IMG/VR virus record: IMGVR_UViG_3300023174_000040
Coordinates: 1 to 64,000 of that record
Reading direction: 5' to 3' (one strand)
DNA length: 64,000 nt
Every line of letters begins with the position of its first letter. Within the stretch, counting starts at the first letter, position 1. The notes under the pieces are model-generated. The model saw nothing but the letters and a program-made list of their open reading frames with translations. It had not been told where the DNA came from and did not search any database. The translations under genes and the position numbers were made by a program. Positions 42,178 through 50,146 of the stretch are shown in pieces.

Positions 42178-42225
42178 GTTCGACTTCGGTTTGTTTGTTT
42201 TCTTTTTTTCAATTAGGAGGTAATT

Positions 42226-42969
42226 ATGTCAAAGGACGGCAGAGGGCGAAAAGAACATGAACTAAAGAAGATGTGTCGTGAACGTGCGGAGGTTCGCAAT
42301 GCTCTCTTTGAATTGGCGTCTTCTATGAGACGAATGACTGATCTTGTTAGTCATCTCGTTTCTAATGGTATCAACGTTGAAGCCGAGATTATCAAGGTCA
42401 AGAGCATTAGTGTCCCCACCCTCACCAGCATTCTTGGCGAGCATGGGCACACTAGGCAGAAGGGTCGTCCCAAGGGGACTGGTAGCACTTCGTGGATCAA
42501 CAACCCACAGGCTATTAAGATCGTCGCAGATGTTCTCAGGAATCATGGACTTCACAAGGGTCGTGAGAAACTCCTTGAAGAAGGAATCGATTGTAAGAAC
42601 GAGAATGGTGAAAATGAACACTATTCATTTGTTGGCGATAATGGTAAGAAACTCTTGAGCATTACAACTCTAAGAGAAATTGCCAAAGATAATGGGATCA
42701 CCTTCGCAGTTGGTCCTAAATCGTCATCTTCTTCATCCTCTGTTGTTGAGGATCGTTATGACGAAGATGATGATGATGACGAAGATGATGAAGACGAAGA
42801 TGATGAAGACGAAGATGATGAAGACGATGATGATGATATCGAAGATGCCGAAGATGCAGAAGAAGATACCGAAGAAGATGATGAAGATATCGAAGAAGTC
42901 GAAGACGATGATGAAGACTTCGATGATGATATCGATGATTTTGAAGACGAGGATGAAGAGGACGAATAG
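42226..42969 (+). CDS. putative nucleic-acid-binding protein with AT-hook-like motif and 73-aa Asp/Glu tail
   Basis: KGRPKG; TLREIAKDNG; acidic tail encoded at 42748-42966. Confidence 0.8.
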   Translation: MSKDGRGRKEHELKKMCRERAEVRNALFELASSMRRMTDLVSHLVSNGINVEAEIIKVKSISVPTLTSILGEHGHTRQKGRPKGTGSTSWINNPQAIKIVADVLRNHGLHKGREKLLEEGIDCKNENGENEHYSFVGDNGKKLLSITTLREIAKDNGITFAVGPKSSSSSSSVVEDRYDEDDDDDEDDEDEDDEDEDDEDDDDDIEDAEDAEEDTEEDDEDIEEVEDDDEDFDDDIDDFEDEDEEDE

Positions 42970-42995
42970 AGTCCTTTTCTTTTAACCTCACCAAA

Positions 42996-43012
42996 TTTCC
43001 TTCCGGTACGGT
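42996..43012 (+). promoter_or_regulatory. 17-bp motif, copy 5
   Basis: TTTCCTTCCGGTACGGT. Confidence 0.75.
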
Positions 43013-43024
43013 TCCATCTTGTTG

Positions 43025-43073
43025 GTTTCTCCCTCCTTCCTGTGTAAAAATGGGAAGGGGGGAGAAACTTTTT
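43025..43073 (+). terminator. long-stem intrinsic terminator
   Basis: 17-bp stem GTTTCTCCCTCCTTCCT/GGGAAGGGGGGAGAAAC (two G-U pairs) followed by T5. Confidence 0.85.
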
Positions 43074-43085
43074 TGAAAGGCATTT

Positions 43086-43466
43086 ATGAAAAAGAAAAAG
43101 ATCATCTTTTCTGATATTGACAAGTTAACTAAAAAAATAAAGAGAATCACTCTTGATGTCAATGGAAATTTTACTGTAGATCTAAATCAGCAACTATCAA
43201 CTCTATTCAACAGAACTATAAATATAGATGAAGTATTATCTGTTGAATTCAAGAAAATGATAACAGAGGAAGAGATTCGATCGATAATTTTGGATAATCT
43301 CAAAAGAACAAAGAGTGGCAAGTATTCCCTTCCAGAAAAAGATCTGAATAAATTTATGGATTTATTTCGTGTAAGACTGGCAAGCAATATTGTTGTCTAT
43401 CTAGTCAAAAATAATTATGTGGAACAGGCTTATGATGAGGAGGAGAACAACTTTTGTTTCTTTTAG
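43086..43466 (+). CDS. hypothetical protein
   Basis: SD AAAGG; first gene of an operon. Confidence 0.7.
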   Translation: MKKKKIIFSDIDKLTKKIKRITLDVNGNFTVDLNQQLSTLFNRTINIDEVLSVEFKKMITEEEIRSIILDNLKRTKSGKYSLPEKDLNKFMDLFRVRLASNIVVYLVKNNYVEQAYDEEENNFCFF

Positions 43467-43895
43467 ATGAAAATAACTAAGATAGACCTTCATGTTAAAA
43501 TCGATTCTCTATCTAGACTAGATCATTTAAGAGAAAATATAATTGGTGTCAAGAGACCCAATTGGTATACCGAGAGTTATGATAATAGTATTGTTATAGC
43601 CGGATATCTTGTTGACGAATCAACAGAATCAGATCTGCAAAATTTTATCGACAATATAATTAGAAAGGATTTTGATGAGGAAATAAAATTCCTGATCTTT
43701 GCAGAAAATCGTTATTCTTTTGAATTAAAGAAAAATAACAAAAATTATGTCATCAGATGCCTGAGAACTGAAAATAAAATCTGGCGAATTTGGAAAGAAT
43801 TTCACAATATTGAAATTCAAGATTGCGAAAAAACAATAATGAATAGTTTTAAACTAATGGAGAAAGAATTTATTTTGGGTTCTTTTACAACATGA
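43467..43895 (+). CDS. hypothetical protein
   Basis: Abuts the upstream stop. Confidence 0.7.
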   Translation: MKITKIDLHVKIDSLSRLDHLRENIIGVKRPNWYTESYDNSIVIAGYLVDESTESDLQNFIDNIIRKDFDEEIKFLIFAENRYSFELKKNNKNYVIRCLRTENKIWRIWKEFHNIEIQDCEKTIMNSFKLMEKEFILGSFTT

Positions 43896-44164
43896 ATAAA
43901 CAAGAATATATCCATCTTGCAAGTAAATTTTCAATCGATCAAATGATTGGAGAATCTTATTTGATGGACATGAACGAAATAGATCAATTTATTGATTCAA
44001 CGGATAATACAATTAAAATTTTAAAGAGTGTTCTTGAGGAAGAAGGTGTAAGTAAGAGTACGTTGAAATCTGCGCTTGAGCATTCTCTTTTATTTATAAT
44101 GTCTTCATCTTCAAGAATGCTCAACATTAATCGTGCTGGTTCTATGTATAAAAGCAAACTTTAG
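43892..44164 (+). CDS. hypothetical protein
   Basis: ATGA overlap. Confidence 0.7.
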   Translation: MNKQEYIHLASKFSIDQMIGESYLMDMNEIDQFIDSTDNTIKILKSVLEEEGVSKSTLKSALEHSLLFIMSSSSRMLNINRAGSMYKSKL

Positions 44165-44175
44165 AAAGGACTCAC

Positions 44176-44409
44176 TTGCCAATGAAAGTCGAATTCCCAC
44201 TAGGAACTTTTAATTTTCGTCCTGAGTTGATTGGAGATATGAATCCGGGTAAAAATTATTACCCTACTATAGACGAGATCCAAAAAGCTTGTATTGAAAT
44301 AAGAAGTAAGTGGCACACTGAAGAAGTGAAAAGGCGTAGTTGCGACAAAAGTAGAAGCGACTGGGTGATTCCGACCTATAACACGTCAGATATCGAAGGT
44401 TCCAATTGA
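44176..44409 (+). CDS. small protein with a Planctomycete-type PTxxEIxxxCxEIRxxW motif
   Basis: YYPTIDEIQKACIEIRSKWHTEEVKRR; SD GAAAGGA. Confidence 0.6.
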   Translation: MPMKVEFPLGTFNFRPELIGDMNPGKNYYPTIDEIQKACIEIRSKWHTEEVKRRSCDKSRSDWVIPTYNTSDIEGSN

Positions 44410-44434
44410 TATCATTGATTGTGGCATATTTTAT

Positions 44435-45283
44435 GTGTTTTTTTGTATTCATTCTAATGTGCAAGATTCTTCACCTTATATGATAAATCTAAAAGATGTT
44501 CTTTCTATACCAAGTGTCTCAAAGAGAGAAGATAGGGTCATAGAATTCATATTAGATTTTTGCCGTAAGAACGATTTGTATCATTATCTTGATGAAAAAA
44601 GAAATATTTATGTGCAAAAAGGATCATTAAATGAAGATGAGTATTTTCCTTGCGTGATTAGTCATATGGATACTGTCCACAGTGATCAAGACTATCTTGT
44701 AGACAAAAATATTAATCTTAATATTTTTGAATTATATAATGAATTTTCCGACTATAAGCCGATATTGGTTGCTTATGATCCAATAACCAAATTAAAAACA
44801 GGCATAGGCGGAGATAATAAATGTGGTGTGTACGTTTGCCTAAGATTGCTAGAGGAATTAGATAATATAAAGATTGCCTTCTTTGTAGAAGAAGAAATTG
44901 GTATGCTTGGATCATCTTCTTTGGATCCCAAATTCTTTGAGAATGTAGGTTATGCCCTTCAACCTGATGCCCCAACGAATAACTGGTTCAGCAAGACTTG
45001 CAGTGGACATAAACTCTGGACAGAAGAGTTTTTTTCCACTGTTGAAAGCATATTAGACAAGTATAATATCAATAATATCTCAAGGGATCCTTTCACCGAT
45101 GTTGTTCAATTGAGGAAAAATTTTGATTTCTGTTGTGCTGTTCTACCTGTGGGCTACTACAATCAGCATTGTGCAGATGAATACGTTGTAGAATCAGACA
45201 CGAAACTTTGTGTAGAATTAGCCAAAGATATTATAAGCGACTTGGGAAATAGAAAGTTTTATATGGAGAGATCTTCTAACTGA
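44435..45283 (+). CDS. M28/M20-type zinc peptidase (start may be ATG 44480)
   Basis: SHMDTVH; GIGGDNKCG; FVEEEIGMLGS; GYYNQH. Confidence 0.8.
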   Translation: MFFCIHSNVQDSSPYMINLKDVLSIPSVSKREDRVIEFILDFCRKNDLYHYLDEKRNIYVQKGSLNEDEYFPCVISHMDTVHSDQDYLVDKNINLNIFELYNEFSDYKPILVAYDPITKLKTGIGGDNKCGVYVCLRLLEELDNIKIAFFVEEEIGMLGSSSLDPKFFENVGYALQPDAPTNNWFSKTCSGHKLWTEEFFSTVESILDKYNINNISRDPFTDVVQLRKNFDFCCAVLPVGYYNQHCADEYVVESDTKLCVELAKDIISDLGNRKFYMERSSN

Positions 45284-45288
45284 AAGAG

Positions 45289-45305
45289 TTTCTTTTTGGT
45301 ACGGT
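45289..45305 (+). promoter_or_regulatory. 17-bp motif, copy 6
   Basis: TTTCTTTTTGGTACGGT, 8 nt before ATG 45314. Confidence 0.75.
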
Positions 45306-45313
45306 AGAAGTTC

Positions 45314-45622
45314 ATGGAAATAGATGTAACAAAAATTTTAGCTGAACTTATGTCTAATGCTTGCCGAGATTCTTTGGAAGACAAGAAATACGGTTGCAGA
45401 GAATATCATATAGAATCCATCTTAGTAGATAATGAAACTAATCCTTGGCAATTTACCTTAAAATATTACAAGGATGAAAGTATGAGGCCCACTAAGATCA
45501 AGCGTAACTTAAATTATGTCCAAACTATTGAGATGCTTACTCGTGCTATAGCAGAATTAGCGTCTCAGACTTTGCAGAATTCATTGCCCCGACGCCGCAA
45601 CCTTGAGAAAATTTGTTGTTGA
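45314..45622 (+). CDS. hypothetical protein
   Basis: 102 aa ORF. Confidence 0.65.
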   Translation: MEIDVTKILAELMSNACRDSLEDKKYGCREYHIESILVDNETNPWQFTLKYYKDESMRPTKIKRNLNYVQTIEMLTRAIAELASQTLQNSLPRRRNLEKICC

Positions 45623-45647
45623 CAAATTTTTACTAGTCGTCTACATT
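45619..45647 (+). promoter_or_regulatory. sigma70-type promoter
   Basis: TTGACA-17-TACATT, then SD AAGGAGA. Confidence 0.65.
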
Positions 45648-45686
45648 TTGTAGTGTTCCGTTAGTTTAACCAAAGGAGATTCTTCA

Positions 45687-46082
45687 ATGACTGATAGTGT
45701 TGAAAATACTGAGAAAGCCCCCAAGGTCAATAAGACCAGCATAATCCGTGATCTTATTGCCAAGAATCCTTCGGCAAAGCCCGCTGAAATTGTCAAGGAA
45801 CTTGCAGAGAAGGGTATTGAAGTCACCAGTACCTTCGTTTCTGTAACTAAGAGCAGGATGAAGAACCCTATCCCCAAGAAATCAAAGGTGATGGCCGCTG
45901 GAAAGCGCCGTCGCAAGGTTTCTCCTAAGAAGGGTTTTTCTGCAAAGAAGAGCCGTGGACATAATCGTTACAGCAATCAGCCTGTAATTGAGCATATGCT
46001 CCTTGTCAAGGGTCTTATGGAAAAGATGTCTGTTGAGGATATTGTTTCTGCTGCAAACGCACTTAAGAAGTTGTCTTATTGA
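45687..46082 (+). CDS. Lys-rich histone/nucleoid-like protein of a Planctomycete-type family
   Basis: NKTSIIRDLIAKNPSAKPAEIVKELAEKGIEVTSTFVSVTKS + basic linker + C-terminal helices. Confidence 0.65.
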   Translation: MTDSVENTEKAPKVNKTSIIRDLIAKNPSAKPAEIVKELAEKGIEVTSTFVSVTKSRMKNPIPKKSKVMAAGKRRRKVSPKKGFSAKKSRGHNRYSNQPVIEHMLLVKGLMEKMSVEDIVSAANALKKLSY

Positions 46083-46097
46083 CAATTTCTTGAAAAA

Positions 46098-46143
46098 AGG
46101 AGGGTAATAATGGGTGCCGCCCAAGCCCCATTATTACCCTCCT
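46098..46143. repeat. perfect 17-bp inverted repeat with 12-nt loop (T-tract on the - strand side)
   Basis: AGGAGGGTAATAATGGG / CCCATTATTACCCTCCT. Confidence 0.92.
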
Positions 46144-46185
46144 GATTAATTTGTTTTTATCTCAAATAATATTGGGAACATAATC

Positions 46186-47004
46186 ATGGATGTAATGGTT
46201 GTTGACAATAAGGCTAATGTTGATATTGAGCCTGCAAGTAAATCTCAAACATACTACTTGTTCCTGCTCACTGGCTTGGATTCAAGAAATTGCAATCTAA
46301 GTAAAAAAGAATGTTTCGAATTGATTGCCTTATGGAAAGGCAATAAAAGAGAAGATCAAGAATTTGTTTATGATTTCTTGATTACAAAAAATGCGGTTGT
46401 TCGTCGTAAAAAGAGTTTTCCAAAAAATAACACAAAGAAGGGCGCTATTATGAATAAGTTTAGTCGTAAAGAAACTTACGAGAGAATTGACGGTCTTGTT
46501 AACGCAAAGAAGAGTTGGGATTATATTGTTAAGATCTTGAACAAAGAAGGTCATGCAACTAATCGAATTAGTGTTGGCAAATGGACCGTTAAAGGTTCGT
46601 ACGATTTTTATCGTAGAACTCAGCCTGAGCGTCCCACCGGAGTCAGAAAGGTTCAGCAGGAACGAAGGCTTGAAATGTGTGAACTGCTCAATAGCGGCAA
46701 GACAATCAAAGAAATTGCTGCCCAATTTAATATTTGCGATGTGGCTGTGCGTAGTGCGATTAAAACCGCCCTGCGTAAGAATGAAGCTGTCATAGACGCC
46801 AAATATAGTTTTGGTAAGAATGCAAAGCGGAGTAGGAGCAAGAACAAGAACAAGAAAGTTCTGACCCAGAAAACTGTTTTAAAGCCCAGTTTTCCCGCTT
46901 TTGCCATTTCAGAAATGAAGTCTGTATTGGATAGCATTCTTGATTCCAATATGGACAACAGTTCTAAACTGGCCATCATTAAAACTGTGTTGAGTCAAAA
47001 GTAA
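46186..47004 (+). CDS. multi-HTH DNA-binding protein (putative regulator)
   Basis: SGKTIKEIAAQFNICDVAVRSAI HTH; LNKEGH.T...G.W recombinase-type HTH; basic tail. Confidence 0.65.
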   Translation: MDVMVVDNKANVDIEPASKSQTYYLFLLTGLDSRNCNLSKKECFELIALWKGNKREDQEFVYDFLITKNAVVRRKKSFPKNNTKKGAIMNKFSRKETYERIDGLVNAKKSWDYIVKILNKEGHATNRISVGKWTVKGSYDFYRRTQPERPTGVRKVQQERRLEMCELLNSGKTIKEIAAQFNICDVAVRSAIKTALRKNEAVIDAKYSFGKNAKRSRSKNKNKKVLTQKTVLKPSFPAFAISEMKSVLDSILDSNMDNSSKLAIIKTVLSQK

Positions 47005-47006
47005 TA

Positions 47007-47138
47007 ATGGAATACCTAATTCTTATTGCCATTGTATTCTGTTTTATGCGTGGTGTTTTTGCCCCAGACACAAACTCGACTTCATATAAGTTGGGCAAAG
47101 GTCTGGGTCATAAGACTAGACTGGAACGGTTGAAGTGA
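47007..47138 (+). CDS. 43-aa membrane peptide (not in the ORF track)
   Basis: MEYLILIAIVFCFMRGVFAP...; starts 2 nt after the upstream stop. Confidence 0.6.
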   Translation: MEYLILIAIVFCFMRGVFAPDTNSTSYKLGKGLGHKTRLERLK

Positions 47139-47210
47139 GAACGATGCGATCTGCGGCTTGTCGGGCTCCCGATTTTGTAACCACAATCAGTTGGTGAAAG
47201 GAATACTATT

Positions 47211-47774
47211 ATGAACGATGAACCAGTTACACCTGTTCAGCAGAAGAAGGCCCGGCTGCCACCCAAGTTTAAGGATAATCACTACTACGTGATTCAACCT
47301 AATGGGCTTAATACCCAGGGAAAACCGCTGGGTAAAATACTTGGCTTATATAATGCTAACAACTATAGTTTTGAAGATAGTAATATTACATGGGATGAAG
47401 ATATAGTAACTGTACTCGGTGGCCCGTTTACTATTGAGTGGTACGAAGATCTTCTTCGTGGCATCAAAGACCACTTTCCCCAGGTGAACGTGCATGGGTT
47501 TTCACCTCCCGAGCCACACCGTCCAATCTATGCTGTTTACGCCACTTATGCGTCCGTTGCGGCTCATCTGCTGGGCTACTGCATCAGCAATTCTGATGAG
47601 GACATTAAGGCATATTACGATGAACAAAATGGCTATGGACTTGACATTCAAGTTGTAACTCCTATTGTGATACCCTCTGGTTATGCGACTCAAAAGAGCG
47701 AACTAGTTCGTCAACGAGAAGTGCTAAAAAAGCAAATTGAACTCATAGACAGAAAGATACAGGCAAAAACATGA
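47211..47774 (+). CDS. chimeric hypothetical protein with an MqnC/CofH-like segment and a C-terminal coiled coil
   Basis: SD GAAAGGA; segment IEWYEDLLRGIKDHFPQVNVHGFSPPE. Confidence 0.75.
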   Translation: MNDEPVTPVQQKKARLPPKFKDNHYYVIQPNGLNTQGKPLGKILGLYNANNYSFEDSNITWDEDIVTVLGGPFTIEWYEDLLRGIKDHFPQVNVHGFSPPEPHRPIYAVYATYASVAAHLLGYCISNSDEDIKAYYDEQNGYGLDIQVVTPIVIPSGYATQKSELVRQREVLKKQIELIDRKIQAKT

Positions 47775-47855
47775 GACAAGAATAGAAAAATAAACCTTAA
47801 TATCTGGGTACGTTGGTGGGATAGACTGGATAGAAAACACTGATTCTTGATCTTG

Positions 47856-47872
47856 TTTCTTTCCGGTACGGT
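47856..47872 (+). promoter_or_regulatory. 17-bp motif, copy 7
   Basis: TTTCTTTCCGGTACGGT. Confidence 0.75.
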
Positions 47873-47913
47873 TTGGTGTTGGTCCGTTAAAACACCTTCT
47901 TGCAAAGATATTT

Positions 47914-49188
47914 ATGATTTTAAATAAAATAAAAAAATTATCGGATCTTCTTAAAGATACATCTTCAAGTTTAGATAAAGTAAAAATATTAAAAACTCAT
48001 CTTGAAGATGATGATCTAAAAAAACTGGTGATGTATGTTTACAATCCGTATTACCAGTTTTATATTACAAGCAGTGTTTGCGAAAAGAATGGTTCACTGA
48101 AAGGAAAATCTTTCAATGACGTCTTTGAATTGCTTGATAATCTAAGAAAAAGAATTGTCACGGGACACGAAGCAATTGGCTGCGTGAATTCTTTTATTGA
48201 AAAAAATCCTGATCACAAGGATATTTTATTCAATATCTTGGACAAGGATCTTAAAACAAGAATAGCAGAAAAAACTATCAATAAGGCAATTCCTGGACTC
48301 ATCCCTGAGTTTGAAGTTGCTCTTGCTGAAAAGCATGAAAAAGATTTAGATTTTTCTTCTAGCGACTACTACGCCAGCAGGAAATTAGATGGATGCCGAT
48401 GTATTGTTGTTATTGATGAAAACGGCAATGCAACCTCCTATAGCAGGCAAGGTAAAATTTTCACCACGCTTTCTGTTCTTGAAAAAGAAGTTCAAAACTT
48501 GGGTCTTAAGAATGTCGTCCTAGATGGTGAAGTTTGTATCTTCAAGGATGGCATTGAAGACTTCCAAGGTATTATGAAATTAATTAGGAAAAAGGATTAT
48601 TCGATTCCTTTTCCTGTTTACAAAATATTTGATTTTCTTAGTGCAGAAGAATTTTATAATAAAAAAGGAAAGTTAAATCTCGAGGATAGATTATCTCTTC
48701 TTGAGAAGAATATCCCCAAAGATAATAAATTCCTTCATATATTGCATCAGGAAATCGTTAAAGATGATGACCACTTTAAAAAGCTATTGAAGGAAGCGGA
48801 TGATAGTAATTGGGAAGGCTTGATGCTTCGATTAAATTCAACATATAAAGGCAAAAGAACAAAAGAGCTATTAAAATGCAAGACATTCTTTGATGCTGAG
48901 TACGTTGTAAAGGATGTTGAATTTGGACCTATTCATCAAGTTGTTGACGGAAAAGAGATAGAAGAAGTAATGCTGAGTTGTGTTACTATAGAACACAAGG
49001 GGTTTCCTGTTAGGGTAGGCAGCGGATGGAACGTAGAAGAAAGAAGAGAGTATTATAAAAATCCTAAAAAGATTATCGGCAAAACAATCACTGTAAAGTA
49101 TTTCGCAGAATCTACCAATCAAGATGGTGGGCTTAGTTTGAGGTTTCCTGTTTTTAAGTGTCTATACGACGGAGAACGAGATGTCTGA
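47914..49188 (+). CDS. ATP-dependent DNA ligase
   Basis: KLDGCR, LDGE, YKIFD, EGLMLR, LLKCK, GSG and LRFPVF motifs. Confidence 0.95.
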   Translation: MILNKIKKLSDLLKDTSSSLDKVKILKTHLEDDDLKKLVMYVYNPYYQFYITSSVCEKNGSLKGKSFNDVFELLDNLRKRIVTGHEAIGCVNSFIEKNPDHKDILFNILDKDLKTRIAEKTINKAIPGLIPEFEVALAEKHEKDLDFSSSDYYASRKLDGCRCIVVIDENGNATSYSRQGKIFTTLSVLEKEVQNLGLKNVVLDGEVCIFKDGIEDFQGIMKLIRKKDYSIPFPVYKIFDFLSAEEFYNKKGKLNLEDRLSLLEKNIPKDNKFLHILHQEIVKDDDHFKKLLKEADDSNWEGLMLRLNSTYKGKRTKELLKCKTFFDAEYVVKDVEFGPIHQVVDGKEIEEVMLSCVTIEHKGFPVRVGSGWNVEERREYYKNPKKIIGKTITVKYFAESTNQDGGLSLRFPVFKCLYDGERDV

Positions 49189-49528
49189 CTTTGATGGGGG
49201 ATACCCTGTTTATATCCTAGATGACGACACAGTTCTTCATGTTAAAGAAGATAAAAACCATACAGAATTTTGGGAAGAAGTTGTCGCCCCAATAGTAGCC
49301 AATAAATACAAAGTATCACTCTCCAATATAATCAATCTTCCTTATTGCCAAAGAAGGGCGAGAATCGTTGGAGATTGTTTTTATTTTGGAGAAAAGATTA
49401 CAAAAAAGCTTCTTAAAAAGATCGAAAAGACAGTAGGGCATAAATTAAGACATGCCTACGATGAGCACGAAACTAGATGCGATATCAGCGTATCTGAGTT
49501 TCGTTCTAATATCCCATATCAACAATAA
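49181..49528 (+). CDS. hypothetical protein
   Basis: Overlaps the ligase stop. Confidence 0.65.
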   Translation: MSDFDGGYPVYILDDDTVLHVKEDKNHTEFWEEVVAPIVANKYKVSLSNIINLPYCQRRARIVGDCFYFGEKITKKLLKKIEKTVGHKLRHAYDEHETRCDISVSEFRSNIPYQQ

Positions 49529-50135
49529 CGTATCTGTCACCAGTATCAAGAATATTATCCTGATAGTCAGTTAGTGATATTCCATAAAATCTTTCGAGTT
49601 GGAATAGACTTTCGAACATTTCGGCTAATTTATTATGTTCTTCATCCGTATTCTTCTTGTATAGATTCAATATATCTTGCTGCTTTCTATTGCCACCAGA
49701 GTTCAGCCAGTCTTTGGCCTTTTGAAATTGTCCTCCAAGAGCAAGCATATAAAAATGATTAGTTGAATAATCCATTGGTTTTCCAATAATTTTTTCAACT
49801 AAAATCGCAAGAGATTCATTTGGCTTGGTTGCTACCGTTTTAAAACTTGTCTTATCTGGCCATGGATAAATTTTAACAACGTTGCTACTCTTTATCTTTT
49901 GAGCCCTTATTATATTTTGAACGTCTTCCTTGTGGGATGTTATTTTTATTAGGATATTGCTGTTTTCTGGATGTTGGTATAGAGTGGCAAAACTTCCTTC
50001 GTTTACTTTTACCAATGGTTTTTTGAACCCTAGCAGTTTGGCAACGTTCGTTTTTTGAGTTTGATGCTTTTGTGAAAAAGCTTTTTCGCTATCATCTTCT
50101 AATTCTTCTTTTATTATCCACTCTTTAAAATTCAT
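49506..50135 (-). CDS. protein-kinase-like fold protein with CTS-like N-terminus
   Basis: EGSFATLY (Gly loop), LIKIT, D-x4-NIL catalytic loop, IVDMG. Confidence 0.7.
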   Translation of the reverse strand: MNFKEWIIKEELEDDSEKAFSQKHQTQKTNVAKLLGFKKPLVKVNEGSFATLYQHPENSNILIKITSHKEDVQNIIRAQKIKSSNVVKIYPWPDKTSFKTVATKPNESLAILVEKIIGKPMDYSTNHFYMLALGGQFQKAKDWLNSGGNRKQQDILNLYKKNTDEEHNKLAEMFESLFQLERFYGISLTDYQDNILDTGDRYVIVDMGY

Positions 50136-50138
50136 ACA

Positions 50139-50146
50139 TTATATAT
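50139..50146 (-). promoter_or_regulatory. putative late promoter ATATATAA, 3 nt before the kinase ATG
   Basis: CAT-ATATAATGT-ATG on the - strand. Confidence 0.55.

Noticed and set aside
42262-43162. Alternative-frame ORFs over the acidic-tail gene (Met/Lys-rich and His-rich)
   Set aside because: By-products of GAY/GAR repeats; the promoter and SD support only 42226-42969.
47139-47210. GC-rich intergenic stretch with a TCGGG-CT-CCCGA hairpin as a tRNA or ncRNA
   Set aside because: No cloverleaf or T-loop consensus, and a 2-nt loop is too small.
47433-47513. Calling ORF 47211 an mqnC auxiliary metabolic gene
   Set aside because: Only 27 aa resemble MqnC; there is no CxxxCxxC motif and no full TIM barrel.
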